64,000 bases of DNA. Origin: Bacteroidota bacterium (GTDB lineage: Bacteria; Bacteroidota; Bacteroidia; Flavobacteriales; Flavobacteriaceae). The notes under the pieces are model-generated. The model was not told the DNA's origin, made no database searches, and saw only the letters and a list, made by a program, of their open reading frames with translations. The position numbers and the translations under genes are program-made. Within the stretch, counting starts at the first letter, position 1. Every line of letters starts with the position of its first letter. Below, piece after piece: positions 1-7,971 of this stretch. The DNA is taken from positions 45,596 through 109,595 of the forward strand of contig JAQCFO010000003.1 in NCBI GenBank assembly GCA_027619415.1. The letters run 5' to 3'.

Positions 1-374
1 CCTACTTTATCCAACATCCAGTTTATCATAAAGCCTTCACAAGTTGCTCCAGCAGGACCCATTTCATATAATGAACTTGGATTGTTTATAGTCCCATGAA
101 TTAATTCAGGAATACCAGACAAATCATATGGGACCGCTACTTGATGCCCCATGTAATTAGGGTTACTTAAGTGGTTTGTGTTTTTTAAGTAATTTTTAAT
201 AAAATTTAATATTTCATTGTTATTTGAAAACCCTTTTTTAAGTAATTTTTTCAACTCAAGAGTCGCAGCAATTAACTCTGGACTTTGTTGATTTAAAACG
301 TAGTTTTTATTTTGTTTACTAGTCTTAATGTGGTTGGATAAAAGCTTACCTATATCGCCAATTATTTTATCCAT
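1..374 (-). CDS. PLP-dependent group II amino-acid decarboxylase, N-terminal 124 codons (3' part lies outside the window)
   Basis: Own reverse-strand translation from ATG 374-372: MDKIIGDIGKLL...NPNYMGHQVAVPYDLSGIPELIHGTINNPSSLYEMGPAGATCEGFMINWMLDKV. The xPxYxGHQ..P and YE..P..T..E....W pattern is typical of the N-terminal region of group II decarboxylases. Open to the window edge. Confidence 0.55.
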   Translation of the reverse strand, partial: MDKIIGDIGKLLSNHIKTSKQNKNYVLNQQSPELIAATLELKKLLKKGFSNNNEILNFIKNYLKNTNHLSNPNYMGHQVAVPYDLSGIPELIHGTINNPSSLYEMGPAGATCEGFMINWMLDKV

Positions 375-472
375 AATAACTATAATTTTATACTAAAAGT
401 AAATAGAAATTTTCAAAATGTAATGTTGTCTATAACTTCTTTTTATTAGCTTTGTTTATATACTTTTAAAAG

Positions 473-583
473 ATGAAAAAAAATGATTTTTTAATTTCGA
501 ACAATGTTTACGGTTTAATAGTCGTAAATATTGTTGTTTTAGTAATAGTAGCCGTTTTGGTTGCTCATTTTACATATCATTAA
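473..583 (+). CDS. possible 36-aa single-pass membrane peptide
   Basis: ATG 473, TAA 581-583: MKKNDFLISNNVYGLIVVNIVVLVIVAVLVAHFTYH, with one hydrophobic helix. Ends 10 nt before the ParB-like ORF. Too short for the ORF track. Confidence 0.25.
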   Translation: MKKNDFLISNNVYGLIVVNIVVLVIVAVLVAHFTYH

Positions 584-593
584 ATCGTAAATT

Positions 594-1037
594 ATGTACT
601 CCATTGATTTTAATCCTGAGATAATAAAAAGTTTAGAGCTAGTAGATGTAAACTTAATTTTTCCTCATGAAAAAATTATCGAAAAAAACACTTCTACAAT
701 AAGTAGTTTTCTAAAATCTTTTAACGATCATATCATTATTTCATCTATTTTGTGCTGTTCTAAAAGCATGGTAATTATAGATGGTCATCATAGATATTTT
801 AGTTTAAAAAAATTAGGGTTTACAAAAATCCCTGTAACTAAGCTCGATTATTTTTCTGATGACATTAAAACTTCTATAAATCCAAAATATTCTAAAGATC
901 AAATAATTGAACATGGACTAAGCGGAGTCTTAATAGAGCCTAAAAGTACTAGTCATATTATTTATTGCACTAAGTCTAAGCAGTGGCAACCTATAATGTT
1001 GCTTTCAAGTTTGTTTAAAGTGGACGTGAATAAATAA
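594..1037 (+). CDS. ParB/sulfiredoxin-like N-terminal domain protein (stand-alone, 147 aa)
   Basis: IIDGHHRYFSLKKLGFTKIPV matches the DGxHR core of the ParB/Srx fold. Confidence 0.6.
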   Translation: MYSIDFNPEIIKSLELVDVNLIFPHEKIIEKNTSTISSFLKSFNDHIIISSILCCSKSMVIIDGHHRYFSLKKLGFTKIPVTKLDYFSDDIKTSINPKYSKDQIIEHGLSGVLIEPKSTSHIIYCTKSKQWQPIMLLSSLFKVDVNK

Positions 1038-1038
1038 A

Positions 1039-1767
1039 TTATATTTTTTCTGGAAAATCTGTTATAATTCCATCGACACCCAGCTCTTTCATCCTTTTTA
1101 TTTGAGCTTCAGTATTTACAGTCCAGGTATAAATTTTAAGTCCTGATTTATGAATTTCAGTTATGTTTTTTTTATTTAAACTTTTATAAGAGGGGTTAAT
1201 AGCAACTGCATTTAGGTTTAACGCAGGGCTAATTGCCAGAATAGGATCTTCTTCAGTTATTAAAGCAATTTTTATTTGACTATCTAACTTTCTTAAATCT
1301 CTTAATTCATCCCAATTAAAACTTGAAAATAAAATGCTGTTATTGTTTTTAATATGTGTGTTAACAATTTTTAAAGATCCTTCTGCAGTATTACGCCCCT
1401 TAAGTTCAATATTTAGAAAAACACCTTCATCGATTGATTCAATTACTTCTAATAAGGTCGGTATTTGCTCTTGTGTATCTAAGACTCTAAGCTTTTTTAA
1501 TTCTTCTAATGTTTTTTCTTCAATAAGACCGGTTCCGCTAGTTAACTTATCTAAAATTTTATCATGAAAAACTACTATTTCTCCACTTAAGCATTTAAAA
1601 ACATCTATTTCTATTCCATCTGCTCCAAGGTCTATTGCTTTTTTAATCGAAGCTAAAGTATTTTCGGCCACATGACCTTTCGCTCCTCTATGGCCTATGT
1701 TTAATATATTCCTTTCGGCATAAGAGCAACTTGTTATCAAAAACACAAAGAAAATTATTTTTTTCAT
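1039..1767 (-). CDS. glycerophosphodiester phosphodiesterase with signal peptide
   Basis: HRGAKGHVAENTLASIKKAIDLGADGIEIDV is the GDPD family signature. N-terminal signal/lipobox ITSCSYA. Confidence 0.85.
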   Translation of the reverse strand: MKKIIFFVFLITSCSYAERNILNIGHRGAKGHVAENTLASIKKAIDLGADGIEIDVFKCLSGEIVVFHDKILDKLTSGTGLIEEKTLEELKKLRVLDTQEQIPTLLEVIESIDEGVFLNIELKGRNTAEGSLKIVNTHIKNNNSILFSSFNWDELRDLRKLDSQIKIALITEEDPILAISPALNLNAVAINPSYKSLNKKNITEIHKSGLKIYTWTVNTEAQIKRMKELGVDGIITDFPEKI

Positions 1768-1841
1768 ATAAAATCTTATTCTAGATTAAAAAGTAGACAT
1801 TGCAATTTAATTATATTTATTTGATTATATAAATTTATTAT

Positions 1842-2516
1842 ATGGACTTAATATTAAAAAACTTAATTAATGCTGAACAAAAAGCAGCAATGCTATTTGA
1901 CACAATTGAATCAAATAAAATTTTAATCCCAGGCAAAAGTGAAGAAGAAATTAACAAGGAGATCTATAATCTGGCTTTTGAAATGTTTGCAATTCAAAAA
2001 TATTGGCATAAAAGAATTGTAAGATGTGGGGAGAATACATTAATGCCCTACAAAGAAAATCCTAAGAATCTTATTTTGCTAGAAGATGATATTTTATTTA
2101 TTGATTTTGGGCCAATCTTTGAAAAATGGGAAGCTGATTTTGGAAGAACTTATGTAATGGGAAATGATCCATATAAAATAAAACTTAAAAATGATATTGA
2201 ATTGGCCTGGCATAAGGGTAAAAAATATTTTGAAAAACATATTGATATAACAGGAGCTCAATTATATGAATATTGTGTGAAATTAGCCTCAAATTATGGA
2301 TGGGAATTTGGTGGAGAAATTGCAGGTCATCTTATAGGTCAATATCCTCATGAAAAATTGGAGAAAGAAGATAAGACTAACTACATTCATCCCAATAATC
2401 TAGACAAAATGCTTGTTAAGGGTAAAAATGGGAAAATTAAAAACTGGATACTCGAAATTCATTTTGTAGATCGTAATAAAAAGATTGGTGGTTTTTTTGA
2501 ACAATTACTATTCTAA
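1842..2516 (+). CDS. M24-family (pita-bread fold) metallopeptidase-like protein
   Basis: Spacing of metal ligands as in M24: FIDFG, ADFGRT, GHLIG, ILEIH, EQLL. Confidence 0.65.
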   Translation: MDLILKNLINAEQKAAMLFDTIESNKILIPGKSEEEINKEIYNLAFEMFAIQKYWHKRIVRCGENTLMPYKENPKNLILLEDDILFIDFGPIFEKWEADFGRTYVMGNDPYKIKLKNDIELAWHKGKKYFEKHIDITGAQLYEYCVKLASNYGWEFGGEIAGHLIGQYPHEKLEKEDKTNYIHPNNLDKMLVKGKNGKIKNWILEIHFVDRNKKIGGFFEQLLF

Positions 2517-2563
2517 TTTAGGATCATTTTAGTAAATTTATTGATCTAATAAAAATTATAAAA

Positions 2564-2695
2564 ATGGGAAGTAAATTTTTTGGCAATCGAACTGAAAAAA
2601 AAACTGCTAGCAAAAAAGGTGTGAAACAAAATTTTAACAATAAAAATTCTAATGCCAAATCTGGGGGTGTTAGAAAAACAGGAAGAGGAAGCTAA
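2564..2695 (+). CDS. possible small basic protein (43 aa)
   Basis: ATG 2564, TAA 2693-2695: MGSKFFGNRTEKKTASKKGVKQNFNNKNSNAKSGGVRKTGRGS. Lies in an otherwise empty 227-nt gap. Confidence 0.3.
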   Translation: MGSKFFGNRTEKKTASKKGVKQNFNNKNSNAKSGGVRKTGRGS

Positions 2696-2743
2696 TTCTT
2701 TTTTTCATTCACTAATTAACAAATCTCTTATAAAACTCTAATT

Positions 2744-3310
2744 ATGACAATAATAAAACAATTATTATACTTTATCTGCTTTGGAACTTTTTTTCTTTCT
2801 GCACAAAAAACAACTTTAAATATTGAGCGAAGTACACTGAAATGGAAAGGAGAGCAGATTACTTCAAAAACACATTATGGATCTTTAAAGTTTGTTTCTG
2901 GAGAATTAAGTTTTGACAAAGAACTAATATCTTCAGGAAAATTTATTGTTGACATGACTTCATTAACTGTTGAAGATCTTGTCGGAAGCAGTAAAAAAAA
3001 ACTAGAGGGACATTTAAAATCAGATGATTTTTTCTCAGTAAGCAGCCATAATAAAGCCAAACTAACTATTTCCAGCTCAGTTAAAATAAAGGCAAACACA
3101 TACTTAGCGGAAGGAGATCTTACAATAAAAAATATTTTACACCCAGTACAGTTTACAATCCAAAAAGAAAATACTTTTTGGATTGCTAATCTTGTCTTCG
3201 ATAGAAGTAAATATAATGTTCAGTTTCGTTCTGGCAATTTCTTTGAAAATCTAGGAGATAAATTAATTTTAGACTCTATTAATCTAGATACTACCTTGTT
3301 TTTCAATTAG
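2744..3310 (+). CDS. YceI-like (polyisoprenoid-binding) periplasmic protein
   Basis: Signal peptide plus the HLKSDDFFSV motif and overall YceI pattern. Paralog of 36935..37498. Confidence 0.85.
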   Translation: MTIIKQLLYFICFGTFFLSAQKTTLNIERSTLKWKGEQITSKTHYGSLKFVSGELSFDKELISSGKFIVDMTSLTVEDLVGSSKKKLEGHLKSDDFFSVSSHNKAKLTISSSVKIKANTYLAEGDLTIKNILHPVQFTIQKENTFWIANLVFDRSKYNVQFRSGNFFENLGDKLILDSINLDTTLFFN

Positions 3311-3369
3311 TTATAGATCAAACCCTGCTTTTAATCTCTTAAATTAACTTTTTTATAGATAAAATATTT

Positions 3370-3377
3370 TATTTTTG
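3370..3377 (+). promoter_or_regulatory. Bacteroidota-type -7 box (TAnnTTTG) upstream of the GNAT-glmS pair
   Basis: TATTTTTG ends 9 nt before ATG 3387. Confidence 0.35.
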
Positions 3378-3386
3378 TGAGTAATA

Positions 3387-3788
3387 ATGAAAATTCGTCC
3401 CTTAGAAAATAAAGATATTGATCAAGTTGTAAAACTTTGGATTAACTCCTTTAGCGACAGATACGACCAAGCAATAAATCACAATCACATATCTGATACT
3501 AAATCAACTACTCTAGTTTCTGTTGAGAACAAGACTGTTACAGGAGTTGCCTCTTTATATGTAATCGAAAAATTAACAAGAAAATTAGGTTTAATTGAGG
3601 ATGTCGCTGTAAATGAAAAATTTAGAGGGAAAGGAATAGGAAAGCGACTTGTTCGAAAATTAATAGAAATAGCCGCCGCTAAAAACTGTGATAAAACTGT
3701 TTTAAATTCTTCTGAAGATAATCTAGAGTTTTATAACAAACTTGGCTTTGATAAAAATGAAATACAAATGATTATAAGAAAAAAATAA
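3387..3788 (+). CDS. GNAT N-acetyltransferase, GNA1-like (candidate glucosamine-6-phosphate N-acetyltransferase)
   Basis: GNAT motif A in IEDVAVNEKFRGKGIGKRLV. The C-terminal half resembles eukaryotic GNA1 as I remember it. Its stop TAA is followed directly by the glmS ATG. Confidence 0.75.
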   Translation: MKIRPLENKDIDQVVKLWINSFSDRYDQAINHNHISDTKSTTLVSVENKTVTGVASLYVIEKLTRKLGLIEDVAVNEKFRGKGIGKRLVRKLIEIAAAKNCDKTVLNSSEDNLEFYNKLGFDKNEIQMIIRKK

Positions 3789-5633
3789 ATGTGTGGAATT
3801 GTAGGATATATTGGTAATAAACCCGTTTATGATATTTTAATAACTGGATTAAAAAAGCTTGAATACAGAGGTTATGATTCTGCTGGGGTCATGATTTATG
3901 ACAAATCTCTTTTAATAAAAAAAAGCAAAGGTAAAGTTGCTGATTTAGAAAGTCTATTTGTTAATGACCAGGATAAAAAAGGATCTATTGGAATGGGCCA
4001 TACAAGATGGGCTACTCATGGGGCGCCAAACCAAATTAATTCACATCCACATGTGTCAAATTCAGGAGAAATTTCACTTGTACATAATGGAATCATTGAA
4101 AATTATCATTCTTTAAAGTCAGTCTTGTTAAAAAAAGGTTATGTTTTTAAGTCTGATACTGACTCAGAGGTGTTAGTCAACTTAATAGAAGACATTAAAA
4201 AAACTAAAAAAATAAAGCTAGGAAAAGCCACATACTTTGCCCTAAAACAAGTCGTCGGGGCTTATGCTATTGCAGTTTTTGACTCTACTAATCCTACTGA
4301 AATTATCACTGCCAAATTAGGGAGTCCACTTGCTATTGGAGTTGGTGAGTCAGAATATTATATTGGGTCAGACCCATCTCCCTTTTTAGAATTTACTAAA
4401 AGGTGTATTTATCTGAATGATAATGAAATGGCTATCATAAATCTAAAAAAAGGCCTTACTCTAAGAGATATAAAAAAAGATTCTATAATAGATCCTTTTA
4501 TTGAAGAACTTAAACATGATATTGAAGAAGTAGAAAAAGGAGGGTATGATCATTTTATGTTAAAAGAGATTTTTGAACAACCTAAATCTATAAAAGACAC
4601 TTTTAGAGGGCGTTTGCTTTCCCCATCTCTCCCTATTAAAATCTCATCTATTGAAATGCATTTTGATAAATTTAGGTCGGCCAATAGAATAATTTTTATT
4701 TCTTGTGGAACCTCTTGGCATGCAAGTTTATTAGCAGAATACTATTTTGAGGAACTTATTAGAATTCCTGTTAAAGTTGAATATGCTTCGGAATTTAGAT
4801 ATCGAAATCCAGTGATTAATAAAGGGGATATTGTAATTCCTGTTTCACAATCTGGAGAAACTGCTGATACTTTAGCGGCCATAAAAATGGCGAAGGAAAA
4901 AGGCGCTTTTTTATATGGAATTTGTAACGTAGTTGGATCAACTATTGCTAGGGAAACTGATACTGGTGTGTATACTCATGCTGGTTCTGAAATAGGAGTA
5001 GCCTCAACCAAAGCATTTAGTTGCCAAATTAGTTTACTTTTATTAATGGCTTTAGATATTGGCAAAAGACTTGGTAGAATTGAAGAAATTAGATATCAAA
5101 AAATCATTAAAGAGTTAGCTGCAATACCTAAAACTATTGAATCAGTTCTTTCAAAGAGCAAACATATAGAAGATATTTCTGAAAATTTTTTAGAGGCTTC
5201 TAACTTCATTTATTTAGGTAGAGGATACCATTTTCCAATAGCCCTTGAAGGAGCTCTTAAACTTAAAGAAATATCTTATATACATGCTGAAGGATATCCT
5301 GCAGCTGAAATGAAACATGGTCCAATAGCCTTAATTGATAAATACATGCCTGTAGTTATAATTGCAACAAACAAAAGTAATTACCATAAAGTCGTTAGTA
5401 ATATTATGGAAATAAAAGCAAGAGGAGGGCGAATCATAGCTATTGTTTCTAGCGGGGACACTGAAGTAAAAAAATTAGCAGAGTACACAATTGAGATTCC
5501 TAACTGTGATGAACTAATTGCGCCTATTTTGGCTAACATTCCTCTACAGCTATTGTCTTATTATATAGCTAACAAGAAAGGCTGTAATATAGATCAGCCT
5601 AGAAATTTAGCTAAATCTGTCACTGTGGAGTAG
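3789..5633 (+). CDS. glmS: glutamine--fructose-6-phosphate aminotransferase
   Basis: MCGIVGYIG N-terminal nucleophile, two SIS domains, C-terminal ...AKSVTVE, 614 aa. Confidence 0.97.
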   Translation: MCGIVGYIGNKPVYDILITGLKKLEYRGYDSAGVMIYDKSLLIKKSKGKVADLESLFVNDQDKKGSIGMGHTRWATHGAPNQINSHPHVSNSGEISLVHNGIIENYHSLKSVLLKKGYVFKSDTDSEVLVNLIEDIKKTKKIKLGKATYFALKQVVGAYAIAVFDSTNPTEIITAKLGSPLAIGVGESEYYIGSDPSPFLEFTKRCIYLNDNEMAIINLKKGLTLRDIKKDSIIDPFIEELKHDIEEVEKGGYDHFMLKEIFEQPKSIKDTFRGRLLSPSLPIKISSIEMHFDKFRSANRIIFISCGTSWHASLLAEYYFEELIRIPVKVEYASEFRYRNPVINKGDIVIPVSQSGETADTLAAIKMAKEKGAFLYGICNVVGSTIARETDTGVYTHAGSEIGVASTKAFSCQISLLLLMALDIGKRLGRIEEIRYQKIIKELAAIPKTIESVLSKSKHIEDISENFLEASNFIYLGRGYHFPIALEGALKLKEISYIHAEGYPAAEMKHGPIALIDKYMPVVIIATNKSNYHKVVSNIMEIKARGGRIIAIVSSGDTEVKKLAEYTIEIPNCDELIAPILANIPLQLLSYYIANKKGCNIDQPRNLAKSVTVE

Positions 5634-5766
5634 GATTAAGTGTTCGTTATTATTACCCCTCAATTACACAATTAACATTCACAATATCAGTTACTAACTC
5701 AAAACTTTAGGAATTTAATTGCCAACCATAATTGTTTGATAAAATCATCTGCTAAAATGCATTTAA

Positions 5767-7212
5767 TTAAAACTCTTCCCAAAAGTTTGTGGTAAACTCA
5801 TTCAAATATTCAGGCAACACTTTTATGTTTTCTTTTATGTTTTCAAAATTTTTGATGTCCATAGTTTTTAACTGAAAAATTTGCAGTTCTTGTTTGTTTA
5901 ATGAATTAATAATTAAATCTAACTTAAAAGAAATTTGATTTTGCTTTCTTCTTCCCTTTACATATTTGTTTTTTTCAATAACCTTAATTGGTCTATCAAT
6001 ACCAGATTTTCTCCCACTACTAACCTGAAAATAGCTCAAAGAATATTTTTCATTATTTAATTTTGAAAATACCATTCGACCCTCTTCCAAATAAACGTTT
6101 GTAGAAACTCCTAGTAATTTGAATTTAAATAAGGGTTTAACGTTTTCAAAATCAATTCTCACAACTGCAAAATCATCTGAATTTATATATAAAACACCCT
6201 TATAATTTTTTGACCCTTTAGGGAGGCAGGAAATTACATAAACTAACTGATTGCCTAAGTATGTTAATTCTGGATCGCCAAAACTATATCTGTTAGATTT
6301 TAAAATAAAATCTAATTTTGTGTCTTCATTATAAAAAAGATTAGAATAAATATTGGTTATTCTTGATTTTTGAGAAGATGCAAAGTTTTGTTTTCTTTTA
6401 AGCTCTAAATCTTCAGCTTGTTTTAATGCTTCTTGGTTAGTGCTGTCTATTTCCCAAAGTCCATTGATTGATAAATCTAACTTAAAAGGTAGTAAACCAG
6501 ACTTGATTTTAAAATATGAGTTTGATTTAAGGTTTTCCTGTAAAGCTTCTTTTAGTCTAGAATTTATTGAATTTAAAATATCATCATCTTTTTTATAAGT
6601 TACTCTAGATTTAATTAAATTAATTTTCTGCTTTCCCTCTTCTAAGTTGCCATAGTAATAACATAAAGTTTCTGTTGCGCCTTTATTTTCTTTAGGAACT
6701 CTAATTAACAAGCTGTCTAGAATAGAAGAATTAACCTGATCAATAGATGATTTAAATTTGTTAAGCTCGATCTTATCTATTTTCCAATTAGACTCATATC
6801 TATAGAATATTTTTTTTTCACTTATTTCTTTTTGATAGTTTTGGTCTATTCCTGCTTTTACTTTTTCTATTATTTCATTTGAACTTAGATTCCTATTTGT
6901 AACAACTACGTTCTCTAATGTTATGATTTCAGGAATCATATAGACTATACTGTCTTTAAAGCTGCTTATTTTCAAAGAGTTTTTTTTATAACCCATAGAC
7001 GAAATAAACAATGAATCGATATTGTCATATTGCTCGTTTATTAATTCAAAACGACCATCTTTATCAGTAATTATCCCTTTATTATTTGAAAAATATACAG
7101 TAGCAAATGATACTGGAGAAGAAGAAAGAGAATCTAACACTCTGATCGTTGAAGACTGAGCGTTACTATTTAATGAGAATAAAAATATAAAAGAATAAAA
7201 AAAGTTTCTCAT
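5767..7212 (-). CDS. secreted protein with N-terminal carboxypeptidase-regulatory-like domain
   Basis: Signal peptide, then IRVLDSLSSSPVSFATVYFSNNKGIITDKDGRFEL, typical of CarboxypepD_reg-like domains. The rest is uncharacterised. Confidence 0.55.
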   Translation of the reverse strand: MRNFFYSFIFLFSLNSNAQSSTIRVLDSLSSSPVSFATVYFSNNKGIITDKDGRFELINEQYDNIDSLFISSMGYKKNSLKISSFKDSIVYMIPEIITLENVVVTNRNLSSNEIIEKVKAGIDQNYQKEISEKKIFYRYESNWKIDKIELNKFKSSIDQVNSSILDSLLIRVPKENKGATETLCYYYGNLEEGKQKINLIKSRVTYKKDDDILNSINSRLKEALQENLKSNSYFKIKSGLLPFKLDLSINGLWEIDSTNQEALKQAEDLELKRKQNFASSQKSRITNIYSNLFYNEDTKLDFILKSNRYSFGDPELTYLGNQLVYVISCLPKGSKNYKGVLYINSDDFAVVRIDFENVKPLFKFKLLGVSTNVYLEEGRMVFSKLNNEKYSLSYFQVSSGRKSGIDRPIKVIEKNKYVKGRRKQNQISFKLDLIINSLNKQELQIFQLKTMDIKNFENIKENIKVLPEYLNEFTTNFWEEF

Positions 7213-7245
7213 AATAATTTAGAAAAAATGCAATATAAAAAAGGT

Positions 7246-7767
7246 TTAGTTTTTGTCTACTAGATACTTTTCTTTTAACACTTTAATATGATGAATGGAG
7301 TGTCCAAATGTTATAAATCCTAAAGCATTAACAGACATGTTGGTTTTGCCTATTCTGCCTACAGTTTTCATTTCTTTTTCAGTAAAGGACTTAAATAGGC
7401 AGTTTGTTGATTTTCTTATGTTTTTCCATTCTTCCAACATTTCTTTCCAATCCCTTAATGAAGCATCTCCATTATTTGCATAATCCTCTTGATCAAATTC
7501 AATTAAGGGCTTAGCCTCTTGCCTTGATATGCTTAGAGCTCTATATGACAATATTCTCTCTGTATCTATGACGTGTTGATAAAGTTGTTTTACAGTCCAC
7601 TTTCCCATATCGTAAGAATAATTCAGTTTTTCTTCAGTTATAGATTCCCAATAATTGCTAATTCTATCGTTATGTTCAATTAATAACTCATGATAGTTAT
7701 TCTCTTTAGTTAAACTGATATAATTTTGAAAATACTTTGAAAATTCATTTTTTATTGGTCTAGGCAT
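7246..7767 (-). CDS. DinB family protein
   Basis: Four-helix DinB pattern with His triad (QHVIDTE..., GHSIHHIKVL). Confidence 0.8.
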   Translation of the reverse strand: MPRPIKNEFSKYFQNYISLTKENNYHELLIEHNDRISNYWESITEEKLNYSYDMGKWTVKQLYQHVIDTERILSYRALSISRQEAKPLIEFDQEDYANNGDASLRDWKEMLEEWKNIRKSTNCLFKSFTEKEMKTVGRIGKTNMSVNALGFITFGHSIHHIKVLKEKYLVDKN

Positions 7768-7971
7768 CGAATGAATATAATACTAATTTAAACGAAACTT
7801 TGTTTTTTGAACCAGACTTTCAACTGAACAAAAGATAATAGATTTGTTTTCAATACTTATTTTATAAGCCAATTATAAATAGTTTTATTCTTGTAATAAC
7901 TGCAAAAGTAGGTTTTATTAAAATTAGAAAACAAACCTTTGTCGCATATACATTGTTACAGGCTGGTATTT

